20,000 nt of DNA from Proteromonas lacertae (taxonomy: Eukaryota): positions 54,514 through 74,513 of the forward strand of contig NGBS01000884.1 of the NCBI GenBank assembly GCA_002245135.1, given 5' to 3'. The first letter of the stretch is position 1; every line of letters starts with the position of its first letter. The notes under the pieces are model-generated. The model did not search any database, was not told where the DNA came from, and saw nothing but the letters and a program-made list of their open reading frames with translations. Shown in pieces: positions 1 through 11,100 of the stretch. A program made the translations under genes and the position numbers.

Positions 1-215
1 AAGCAGTCAATAATACTGCTCCAGCTATGTCAACTACTCAATGTTTTAGATGTGGTAAATTTCTATTGTTTCCCTCAACAGCTAAAGGAATATCTTGTCC
101 TTGTGGTGAAATTATTACTTTACAACATGTATATAGCAGTCCCACACCTCCTGATGCGTATTTACAACAACAACAATCTGTAATGAATCCTATCAATCAA
201 TATCCTCCTCAGTAA
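1..215 (+). CDS. 3' end (probably 5'-truncated by window) of a protein with an LSD1-like C4 zinc finger and a Gln/Pro-rich tail
   Basis: Frame open from position 3 (AVNNTAPAMSTTQ...). CFRCGKFLLFPSTAKGISCPCG resembles the zf-LSD1 pattern CxxCxxLLxYPxGAxSVxCxxC. Stop TAA at 213-215. Confidence 0.55.
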   Translation, partial: AVNNTAPAMSTTQCFRCGKFLLFPSTAKGISCPCGEIITLQHVYSSPTPPDAYLQQQQSVMNPINQYPPQ

Positions 216-364
216 TAGAGATGTTTATATAAGTTGTTCTATTTTATATACATATTTGAATAATTTGAAAATATTTGTTCATTAGTTTGTGAATAAAATG
301 AAAATATGAAAGAAAAGGAATCAAGCTTTTCTCAAATCTAGAGATTTTTATTTTCTTAAATATA

Positions 365-1199
365 ATGGAGAATTGGATTCTTATTGTCTTAATATTCTGT
401 TTTTTCGCTGTTCCAGTGTTCATGTTTTATGAAGTATAACTTAAGAGGTAAAATGATAGACTCCTGACGATGTTTCTATGAAGATGAATTCAACATCAGT
501 AACAGATAGTTCTGCTTTACCTATATCTTTTATATATTTAATATAAGGTTTATTTAATTTAATATTTACTCTAATGTGCATATCGAGAAACTAGTAGTTG
601 GTCCATTACATTCTAATTGCTATATGATCTGGACATCTGATAATTACAAAGGGGTAATAATAGATCCAGGCTATGATACAGAGTATATAATGAATATGAT
701 AAAATCAAAAGGTGTAAAAATAGAAGGAATATATTTAACACATGGACATGCTGATCATATTGGTTCAGCTCAAGAACTACATGAAATACTGAAAGTAGAT
801 ATATATGGTAATAAAGAAGATGATATGTTTTATAAAGATCTAAAAGCATTGGGTGATTTTCGTATGCCTAAAGCTAAACCAATCGTGGAATATAAACATT
901 TGAATGACAACCAAGAGATAAATTTTGGTTCTGCAAAAGTAAAAGTAATTCATACACCTGGTCATAGTCCTGGTGGTTTATGTTTCCAATTGGGAAATGT
1001 TGTTATAACAGGAGATACTTTATTCAAAAGATCTATCGGTAGAACTGATTTTCCTAAAGGTGATCTTACAACATTATTGAACAGTATCAAAACAAAATTA
1101 TACACACTTCCAGATTCTACTGTGATCTATCCAGGTCATTACGGTACTAGCACAATTTGTGAAGAAAAAATGTCAAATCCCCATACTACTAGGCTATAG
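365..1199 (+). CDS. Metallo-beta-lactamase-fold hydrolase (glyoxalase II/YcbL-like) with N-terminal hydrophobic anchor, ~253 aa; exons 365-433, 460-522, 570-1199
   Basis: MBL motifs THGHADH, HTPGHSPG, GDTLF and YPGH. The ORF-track start at 576 is GTG with an in-frame TAA at 555. ATG 365 (MENWILIVLIFCFFAVPVFMFYE) joins in frame through a GT-AG intron 434-459 and an AT-AC intron 523-569. Confidence 0.85.
523..569 (+). other. Candidate U12-type (minor spliceosome) AT-AC intron, 47 nt
   Basis: Starts ATATCTTTT (U12 donor consensus RTATCCTT) and ends TTTAC. A TTTAAT branch-like element lies ~12 nt from the 3' end. Removal gives CCT|TCT AAT GTG CAT, exactly in frame with the MBL domain. Confidence 0.75.
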
Positions 1200-1320
1200 A
1201 TATATTTTAATAATATTTGTTTTTAAATTAACTATTTACTTCTCTCTAAAAATTGAAATATAAAATTGATTTTCAAACACCAAAAAGTGATTTTTGCTTA
1301 ACCATTTTCATTGTATTTTC

Positions 1321-2626
1321 ATGTCTTTATTAAATATTAGCAATGACTGTATAAAAGATAGGGCAAACAATCTGAAATCAACAGTCAAGGTGTTAGAACA
1401 GTCATTAGAGAATGATAAACAGCGAAGAGAGAAAATCTCTAAAGAAATAGTGAGTTTAGACCAATATTGTGATAAAATTATAAAAGATATAAACACAGAA
1501 ACCAATGAATGCAAAAATATTGAGATAATGATCGGTTTTTTAGAGAGTTGTGAAAAATGTAAGGTTTCAGAGAGTGATTCGAACTTCTCATTTAGTCAGT
1601 TAAATCCATTGAAATTTACAGAGATAGAATTAATTGGTATATTGTCTTCAAAGCGATATTCTATGAGAAGTACACCAATAGAGCTATTACAGCTAAAGCC
1701 ATGTGAATTATTACTATCTATATGTGATAATTATTCTTTTCCAGAATTGCAGGAAGATTTAATCAACACAATTAATGACATTTATCATAGTATAGATAGT
1801 TGCAATACAAATAATAATCATAATAATCATATATACGTTAGTGAAGATGAATTAGATCCTTTTACACCAATTTGTCCATTTGATTTAGATGGTGAATGTA
1901 CTGATATAGGTTGTCCATTTCAACACTTTAAAAAAACAACAAACAACACAAAAAAAGAAGAAAAAATTGAAAATAATGTTAAATCAAAGTGTCCATTGAT
2001 TGTTATACCAATACCAAAGAATTATAATTTCAAAGTAAAGAGAAAATATCGAATTGAACAACTTAACAGTCAAATTCCATTATACTTAAAGAATTATCAA
2101 TATATTGATATAAAAGTAGAAAATGAAGAAGAAATAATAAAGGAAATGATAAAAGAAATAAACACTCATTATAATGATAATATTTGTAAAGTCCCAGATT
2201 CGCTACAACCGGAATTATTATTGAAATATTTATTCAATCTTTCTCAATCAAATAATATATATGATTTATATGATAAGTTAAAATCCAATCCAAATGCTTT
2301 AGTTTTGATTGATTATATATTGAAATATATTTCATCTATATTACAATCACATCGAACTGTCTCTTATGTATGGAATGTTTATTTAAATTTTTATTTCTTG
2401 AGACAATGGACAAATGTTCAAGGTATTTTTTTAATACTTGACTAACTATTTATAGACATATTGATGGTGTGTAAAGTCTTCAAAGATTTGTGTCCTTTCA
2501 ATGTGATTGGTTATTCATTAATTATTGACGAATTATCGCATTGGAATATTGATTCAGTTGTTTTGTTGAATTATTACTTAAATACATGTAAAGAATGTAG
2601 CAATTGTATAATCAACAACAATCCAG

Positions 2627-2658
<32 letters not shown>

Positions 2659-4413
2659 TATATATGCTAGAATGAGAATGATATAGATCTTACCTTCAAC
2701 TTAATAAAACAATTAATCTATTACAGCTATTCAATAGGATATTATGATGTTATAAATTCTTTATTTTCTTCCATTATTAAATCAAATAATAATTATTCGA
2801 ATTATATACTGGATGGTGGAGATATATATTACAGTAGGCTGATTAATATATTCTCAATATCTCAAATATCTATTCTTTTTTCATTGTATTTATATTTCGA
2901 ATTGTATAAACAACTTCCTCCTTATTCTATTACTAATTTTCCATTTTTTGTGAAGAGAATTGATTTAATTAAGACTCAATCTCAGATTTCATCATTATAT
3001 CAGTGTTATAAGACATTAAATAGATTTTGTAATGAAAATGAGTTGAATAAATATGAAGTTAATTCATATGTAGATATTTATGGGTTAGAAACTTTATTCT
3101 ATAGTTATAAATGGATTTCAGAATTGTGTCAAATTGAATATAATACAAGCCATCTGAATATTTTGAAGAAAAATTATAATCTATTTTATAAAATATATAA
3201 AATGAATGATAAAAATGAAAATAATAAATTACCTGATGAAGATATTGGACATTTAAAGAGTAATGGTTATTTATCCATAATTACTCATTATCAACTATTA
3301 AATTTAAAATATAATAATAAAGATATAAATAAAGACAATTTAATCAGTTTAAATGATGAAAAGAAGAATATATTACATATTCTATTGCAATGGTGTAATT
3401 TCAATAATGATAAAGCAATGAGTGTAGAAGAATCCATTAAATATTTATATAGTAAAAGTATCGATGCTTATGAATTATTAGTTAATGTTTTGGCTAAAGG
3501 AATAATGGAATGTGTTGATAGAAATAATTCTAATAGTAAAACCAATTTCAATAGATTATTAAATAGCGTTTATACCTTAGAAATATGTTGTATTATAAAG
3601 AATATATATGAGAAATATATTAATAATAATAGTGTTGATGATAAATATGTTGATATTATCATAGATACTTTGATAAATATAAATTGTAAGATTGATTATA
3701 AGAAATTATTGCTTATATCATCCTACAGATCTTCAATTGCATTTATGTTTCAAATATATTCAATTTTATTTAAATCATTATCACTATTTCAATGTGAAAT
3801 ACCAATATCAAAATGGTTTAATTATATTCAATCCTTAGATGATAAATTGAAAGTGTGTTTTAATGAAAATATTTCATTGTATTTTGAATTGAATAAAGTG
3901 AATGATGAAACAATAAATCAACTTGAAATGTATAATCTGTCTAGTTATTATCATCTATTATATGGAAATAATAATCACTATACAGATTCTTATTTATCAA
4001 TACTGTTTGAGATTGTCAAACCTTATTTAAATTGTAATATTACTGAAGGAAGTATTTCTATTACATCAAATATTCCAACTTACTGTTTATTATTGACTGA
4101 GTATTTATGGAATAACAATGAATCTAGTCAAATAAAAGAATTAATTAGAAATATGAAAGGAATGGATTTATTTCAATTTGATTCAATCATTCCATCTATT
4201 GTTCATTATGACTTGTTATATTCCATCTATGAAAGATGTTCAATTTATAAATTATTTGATATTTTAGAGATTTACATTAATTATTATCCTTTTCAATGGA
4301 AAATATGGAGGTATGGAATGATTGTAGATATTGAGTATGGAGATGATCAAGATTCTACTTCTTATTTAGTGAAAGAATTTATTCAAAGATCTTTATTTAT
4401 TGATCCAAGATAA
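1321..4413 (+). CDS. ZFC3H1/Red1-like protein (coiled coil + zf-C3H1 + helical HAT/TPR-like C-terminus), ~1004 aa; exons 1321-2422, 2456-2625, 2671-4413
   Basis: LDPFTPICPFDLDGECTDIGCPFQHF matches the zf-C3H1 finger of ZFC3H1/Red1. GT-AG introns 2423-2455 (33 nt, ACTAAC branch point) and 2626-2670 (45 nt) fuse three same-frame ORFs. HAT-like YPFQWKIW lies near the C-terminus. Confidence 0.7.
2627..2652 (+). repeat. (TA)13 microsatellite inside intron 2 of the ZFC3H1-like gene
   Basis: Direct reading; begins immediately after the donor G at 2626. Confidence 0.9.
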
Positions 4414-4469
4414 AAAATAAGAAAAAGAAATATAAGAATTTAATTATTTTGTTTTTGTTTTTGTTGTTT

Positions 4470-6148
4470 TTATTGGATTGAGAATTGTTCTGATTTCTCT
4501 ATAACTAAATCCTTTTCAACCTTCAATTGTCCATTTTCTATTTTCACATATACTAAATGATTTTCAAGATTATTTCCTTTATAAACATCCATATCAAATC
4601 TATAATCATCAAAATCACCACATTCTCTTTCTATTTTATTCAACTATTCAAATAATATAAAATAAATAAATAATTCATTATTAATATACTAATACTTTAC
4701 TAATTCTCATACAATCAAGACATTCATTACTTTTATCCATTTCAATTACAACTTCATCAACAAATCGAGTGAAATATTTATTTATATAATTTACATTAAC
4801 ATATTCATCTTCAATACAATCCTATTAATAGAATAAATAATATATTATATTATATTTATACTTCAATAATATCATGATCATCAATACTTATAGTATCATT
4901 ATGATTGTGAGTAACAAACGAATGTTTTTCAATCTTATCATATATATTTAAAAATAAAATATATCTATCTTCATTAGCTTTAGCTGTATTATGTTCAATT
5001 GAATCTATTGAATGAAGTGTATAGGCAAAAGGCCAATTAATTTGATTATTTGTATATTCTATTAAATGTAAGATTATTGGATGATGTTGTATATCTTGAT
5101 CTTCAACAGTAATCCAAATATCTTCATTTGATTGAATATTATAGTTTTCTATTGGCTCTACTTCTGTTATTGAATCTAATTCATCATTTTCTTCTATTTC
5201 ATTTTCGTTTTCATTTTCAATACATTTTGGAAATGATTTATCTTCATTTACTATAATGATGAATAAATTATAAAAAGTATATACAAAAATCAAAGAGATT
5301 TAATTCTATTTCAAAATGATTATCAATGAAATCCAATATGGCTTTTTGCTATATAATAAAATCAATCAATAAATATACAGTAGAATTATCTTCTTTCATT
5401 ACATCAATAATTACATGATAATGATTATCAGGGAAATGGGAATATTCGCCTTCCAATATGTTTAACAATTTCAATGGTTTTTCATAGTTTTCATGTTTAC
5501 TTACTCTTTCTAACAATCTTTCAACCTTTTCTTGTATTTGCAAAGTCTCTATTTCATCAAGATTCATCCAATTTCTTCTTCCAGGTTGTTGTTGTTGTAG
5601 ATATCTTTGTTTCTTTATATAAAAATCTTCTTCTTGAGTGTAATTATAATGTAATTCAGCACAGTATATGGTATTAAATGAACACTTTTCGATTCCTAAT
5701 AAAAATGCATGATATCTTCCTGTAACTTGCTGTTTTGGTAATGTAAATTCAGTATGAAGCTATATAAATTATTATTATAAAATAAATATAAATACAACAA
5801 AATTATCTTTGTTTCTGAATGATTTCTTGATTGGACCTGATTTAACTAAAACAGGCTTCCAGATATTATCTTCAAATAAATGCATAGTCCACAAACCATG
5901 TTTCACTAATATTAGCTAAATAGTGTTGTACCTTTGTGTTTTAGTTCACCTTCAATAGCAATAGATGCTAAAGCATCTGGATATATTTCTTTACCATCTA
6001 TTACTTCTAAATAAGCGTTTGAAATATCGAGATAAGGATCATGAACCTAGATAGTGAATCTAAGTCATTATACATGATCACACAAGTTCCATTGATAGTT
6101 TTCTGATACAGTTAAGCAAAATAATATGAGTATATAAAGGAATTTCAT
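4470..6148 (-). CDS. Secreted protein, ~477 aa: signal peptide, ML/NPC2-like lipid-recognition domain, three degenerate cystatin-like repeats; 8 exons
   Basis: ATG 6148 begins MKFLYILILFCLTVSENYQWNLCDH. GT-AG introns 6047-6073, 5906-5931, 5760-5795, 5349-5378, 5251-5284, 4822-4861 and 4644-4695 (or 4689) give a continuous frame to TAA 4470-4472. Domain calls are by visual pattern only. Confidence 0.65.
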
Positions 6149-6288
6149 TTTCTAGAGAGAAGATTGAAAAAGTCGTGTTTAATAATAATCACTTATATTT
6201 TTCTACATATTAAAAAGGATCCCTATCAATAAAATAAACAAGCCAAAATTTTATAAAGTGTTACATAAAAATGATAATTTAATTGCTT

Positions 6289-6877
6289 TTATACCTCTTT
6301 CAATCTGTAAACAGATTTCTCTAACTTTGAATACAAATGTCTAATCGTTTTATCAGAGGCTTGAAGGTATATTGATCCACCTGGCAGAAATATACACACA
6401 ATTGTTAGGAAATGTATTGTTAAAGGAGTATGTGTTAGTGTCATTATGAGATCATAAATAATTGGCAAAAATGACATGATATACACCGATATATGTGGGA
6501 TAAATATACACAAAGCCTACATTATTAATTTAAATGTCATACAGCCATAAAAGCACTTACACATGCTACCCATCCACTGAATGACGTATTATAATTAGCA
6601 TCACCATATGTTGTGAATGTTATTATTTCATTTAGCTTTGAATTCCTTTTCAATACACCATACCCTATTAATAACGATAAAAAGATCATTAACAATCCAA
6701 TAACACGCTATAATAAATCATAATTTTATTCTATACTCTTATCCAAGCATGTTGTTCTTCAATTTCCTTTCTAAAAAGATCAACTACTTGAATTTCGTCT
6801 ACAGATGCAATATAATTAATAAAAATACCTTCTTCATTGATTACTTCTTGCTGTAATACTTTTGAAATTCTTTTCAT
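6289..6877 (-). CDS. Small multi-pass membrane protein of unknown function, ~167 aa; exons 6877-6829, 6798-6737, 6707-6543, 6516-6289
   Basis: GT-AG introns 6799-6828 (30 nt), 6708-6736 (29 nt) and 6517-6542 (26 nt) yield an open frame. It has an acidic N-terminus (VINEEDEIQ), several hydrophobic segments and the C-terminus LEKSVYRLKEV. Confidence 0.7.
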
Positions 6878-6916
6878 CTCAAGCTTTTTCAATCAAACCT
6901 ATAGAAATTAAACCAT
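6878..6916. promoter_or_regulatory. 39-bp spacer between divergent start codons; candidate bidirectional promoter containing CTCAAGCTTTTTCAA
   Basis: ATG on the - strand at 6877 and ATG on the + strand at 6917. Confidence 0.5.
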
Positions 6917-7548
6917 ATGTCCTCAACAGATAAATTTGAAGAAGAAAATTTAATAATAAAATTGCCTGATGATGTAGCTTCCCAAGTATTTAATAGCAAT
7001 ATTAATGTTTAGTTTGATTCTGGTAGTATGGGAAGTATTACTGTGTTTGATTCTGATGATCCTAATGGGAAATACAAAAGAATAAGAATAGGCAGTAATA
7101 TATTTGATGCAAGAATATATGACTTACCAAGAAGTGTTGAAGGTTATAAAACATTAGATAGGAAAGGTTATTATAAATGCTCTGATGTACAACAGATATT
7201 AGGTATACTGTTATTCATAAATCAAAATATAGTTGTTGCTCACAACAAAAACGAACTTCCACTTGACGATGTATATCCAGATGGTTTAACTAGTCCTTTG
7301 AAAGTATTTATATTTATATAATCTACATAATAATATAGGATATATCAAAAAGAACTCAAAAACCTCAATATCCTGAGAATATAGCTGAATATGAGAAAGA
7401 AATTAAACCAAACAAATCAAAAAGAGATAAGGAAAGTTCATTTAGACATAATGTCAATAATAAAATACTATTTAAAGATACAACTGGTTTGCCAGAGCTT
7501 AGTAATGCAACAACAAAGAAAATATATCCAGCAAGTTATTTTCAGTAG
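6917..7548 (+). CDS. TAF7: TFIID subunit 7 (TAFII55 N-terminal domain), ~179 aa; exons 6917-6985, 7013-7202, 7233-7303, 7339-7548
   Basis: EENLIIKLP...ARIYDLPRSVEGYKTLDRKGYYKCSDVQQILVV...PDGLTSPL matches the TAF7 motifs (DLPxxxExxKTxDxxxxYKxxDxxQ; HGLTPP). Introns 6986-7012, 7203-7232 and 7304-7338. Confidence 0.85.
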
Positions 7549-8151
7549 TTTACATTTATATTTGATGTTATTTGTTAGAGAATGTTTTGTTTTTGAATAT
7601 TTAAAAATTTGGTTATTGAAAAAATATTTGAAAAAGCTTGAGAAAAATACAAAAATGTCAAAATGAGAGTAATGCTTGAGGTTTACTAAAGCATGTACAT
7701 AATAAATAATTCAAATATATAGGAATATTTTTAAAAATAGTAAATGAAATATAAACACAATATATATATACTATTTGTGTAAGATTAGGTATATGAATAA
7801 AATATATGGAATATAGAAATGCAATGGCAGTTTTAGAAGAAGTCTGAAAGAAAGCTTAGAAATTAGACAATAGTTTGTGTTTATATATATAATAGAGTTG
7901 ATATAAATGATTATAATATTTGTAATATGTGGATGAATCATTTCGAATCTAAGTAATGGAGTAATAAATTACAATGAAATCCAGAATTAGGGTATTCCAA
8001 ACTATCAACAAAGCTAATATTCGATGATAATGACGTTACATATTTCTAAAACCACTTCATCAATACCTAATGTTTGATCTACTGTAAAAATGATAAAAAA
8101 GCTTGTAACAATCAAACATATTTTTAGTTAAACTTTCAATAAACTCGAAGA

Positions 8152-11100
8152 ATGATTTATAGTTTTATATTTATTTCTTTTATTTGTACGTTATATTATC
8201 TTTATTTTATTATAGGCATGTGCACTTGCGACAAACACTTGTCAAGTGTAATATTACCAGAAAATAGTAAATGGGAGTATTCACAATTCCCAAAAACTAA
8301 CAATTCGTGGAGTAATGTAGTATATGGGTGGAGATCATATACTCCATCTTCGTTTCCAAACAAAACAACAATTACCACATATTGCCGAAAGAAATTCGCA
8401 CTTCCAGATATAGCTGTTACAAATTCACCCATATTGAAGATAAAATACACTGATGGTTTGATAGTGTTTATAAATGGAATAGAAATATTTCGAAAGAACA
8501 TGCCATTAGGAGATATAACCTCAGAAACAATAGCAACTAAATCATTTGATAGACTTATTCAATCAACAATTTCAATTCCTCAATCAATAATTAATAGTGT
8601 TGATAATTATATAGGAATAGAAATACATAAAAGTGAATCAAGTCCATCCAATCAAATCGATGAATTTTCAGCCACAATCGAAACAAGTAATAGAATATTA
8701 CAAACAATAACAATAGCTGATAATGTCGATGTTAGTGTAAAATCAGACTCTGGTAATGAACCAATTGAAATACCATTTCCTTTATCAAACATGTTTTCAA
8801 TTGATGATGGATATTGTCAAATTAATTTAAGTCCAAATGAAGAGAATAAGTGGTTTCCGATGAATTTTTATTTGAAATTAAAGAATAATTTAGCTAAATA
8901 TGTAAATGAATTTAGGATCAGTGGATGTTCAGACAATGCAAATACTCATCCAAAGAATATAAAGATATATGGTTCAGTTGATAGTGAAAATGTTGAATGG
9001 ATATTACTGTATGAGAATGCTGATTTAGGATTGAAAACAACAGGTTGTAATGATATTAAAACATTTTCTTTAAACAGAATTGACAAATCATTTGAATTAT
9101 TTAGATTAGAGATAATTGAAACTAATGGATATTCAATTAACTCAGGGCAATATATCCAAATCAAATTATTTGCATTAGATGAAGAGCCACTTTATATATG
9201 CGAAGCAAGTGATGGATATCCTTCAACCAATATTGGTGTTAGTTCAATTATATATTGTGGAAGTGGATATAAAGAAAGAAAATGTGGAGAAAATGGAATA
9301 TGGGAAAATGAAATAGATCATGAATGTAATAATGAATTTATTAATAATGTATGGCAATACAGTGATTCTACTCCATCATCTGTTAATTGGAATAACGAAT
9401 ATAAAGAAGGAGAAAGTGGTTGGATAAAGAAATCTTCGCCATTTCCTGATTTTATATCCCTTAGTAGATATTATCGAAATTATTTCATAATCAATGATAT
9501 TTCTCTAAGTGGATCACCAAGATTGAGAATTAGTTTTATGGATGGTATAATAATCTATGTGAATGGAAATGAAATTTTCAAAAGAAATATAAATGGAGAT
9601 AAAATGTTTACATTTCCTTCACCAATTGAAGAAACTATTTACATTCCATTACCTGTTTTAATGAATGGTAAAAACATAATAGGAATAGAGATACATAGAT
9701 ATGATATTTTTTATTATGATCCATTCTTTACGTCATTAGAATTCTTGAAATTAGCAACAACAACAGTAACAACCTTAGATACAATAGATGTAAATAAAAT
9801 CGATTTGAGATCTATAATGTTCACTTCTGCATTTTCGGTTTCTAATCTAGATAAGACATTTACTCTATCAAATTCGAGTAGTGATAGTTGTAGTATTAAT
9901 TATGGATATGGAAATAAATTAAAATTTCTACCATTCTTTATTACATATAAATTCAAAGGATATAATGCATATTATTTTAATGAATTTCAAATAAGTGCCT
10001 GTACTGATAATTCTCCAAAGAGTATAACAATATTAGCATCAACTGATAAAGATCATCCAGAATGGGAAGAAATATATTCCAATACTGATTTAGGATTAGA
10101 ATCAGGAGAAAGTTATTGTAATGATATTAAAACATTTCCATTAAAGAATGTAAGAAAATCTTATGAAACATATAAATTAGAAGTTATTGATACGAATCAT
10201 ATTGATGTAAATAATGGTAATAATATATTTAAATACTACTACATTGAATATAGATTATTCATACTAAATTTAAATTCTCTTTCAACGTGTAATAGTTATG
10301 ATGGTTTTGATAAAGTATTTGCTGGTGAATCATCGATAATAAGATGTGAGAGTGGATATAAAGAAAGGAAATGCTATGAAAATGGTACATGGGATAATAA
10401 TGTTATTGATCATGACTGTGATACAATAATTTTACCAACTACTCAAACTCCAACAAAAACACCAACTACTCAAACACCAACAAGAACACCAACTACTCAA
10501 ACTCCAACAAAAACACCAACTACTCAAACACCAACAAAAACACCAACTCCTGAATTACCAACTCATAATCCAGATCAAAATCCATCTCAATTACCTTCTC
10601 AGAATCCTACTCCTATTCTACCATCAACTCATCCAACAACAGTTAATACTTGTTTATGCAATTCAACTGTTGAAGGCAATCCTAATAAAAGAAATGATAA
10701 TATTATTTATTTAACATTATTAATTATTTCAGCTTCAATAATCATAGTTTTATTAATTGTTATTGTATATTTATCAAAAAGGCAAAAGAATATGACAATT
10801 ACATATAGAAATAGAATATGTTCTGAAGAGAATGTTCAAACTCCTTCATTTAGCAGCAGACTATCAACTCATTCTTCTAGAAGTAGAATAAGTGTAATAA
10901 TCCCTCCACTAACTGATGGAGTTTCAATTCACTCATCTAGCAGTAGAAGAAGTATCATAATTCCTCCATCAAACAATATAGTAAAACCATCCTCCATCAA
11001 ACAATATAGTAAAACCATCCTTCCATCAAACAATATAGTAAAACCTCATCAAACAATATAAAAACCTCATCAAACAATATAGTAAAACCTCCTTCATCAA

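Noticed and set aside
576..578. GTG start codon for a bacterial-style MBL gene
   Set aside because: The context is eukaryotic, and the upstream ATG exons join in frame via the AT-AC intron.
7391..7666. 91-aa ORF MRKKLNQ...
   Set aside because: Alternative frame overlapping the last TAF7 exon and its 3' region, with no recognisable motif.
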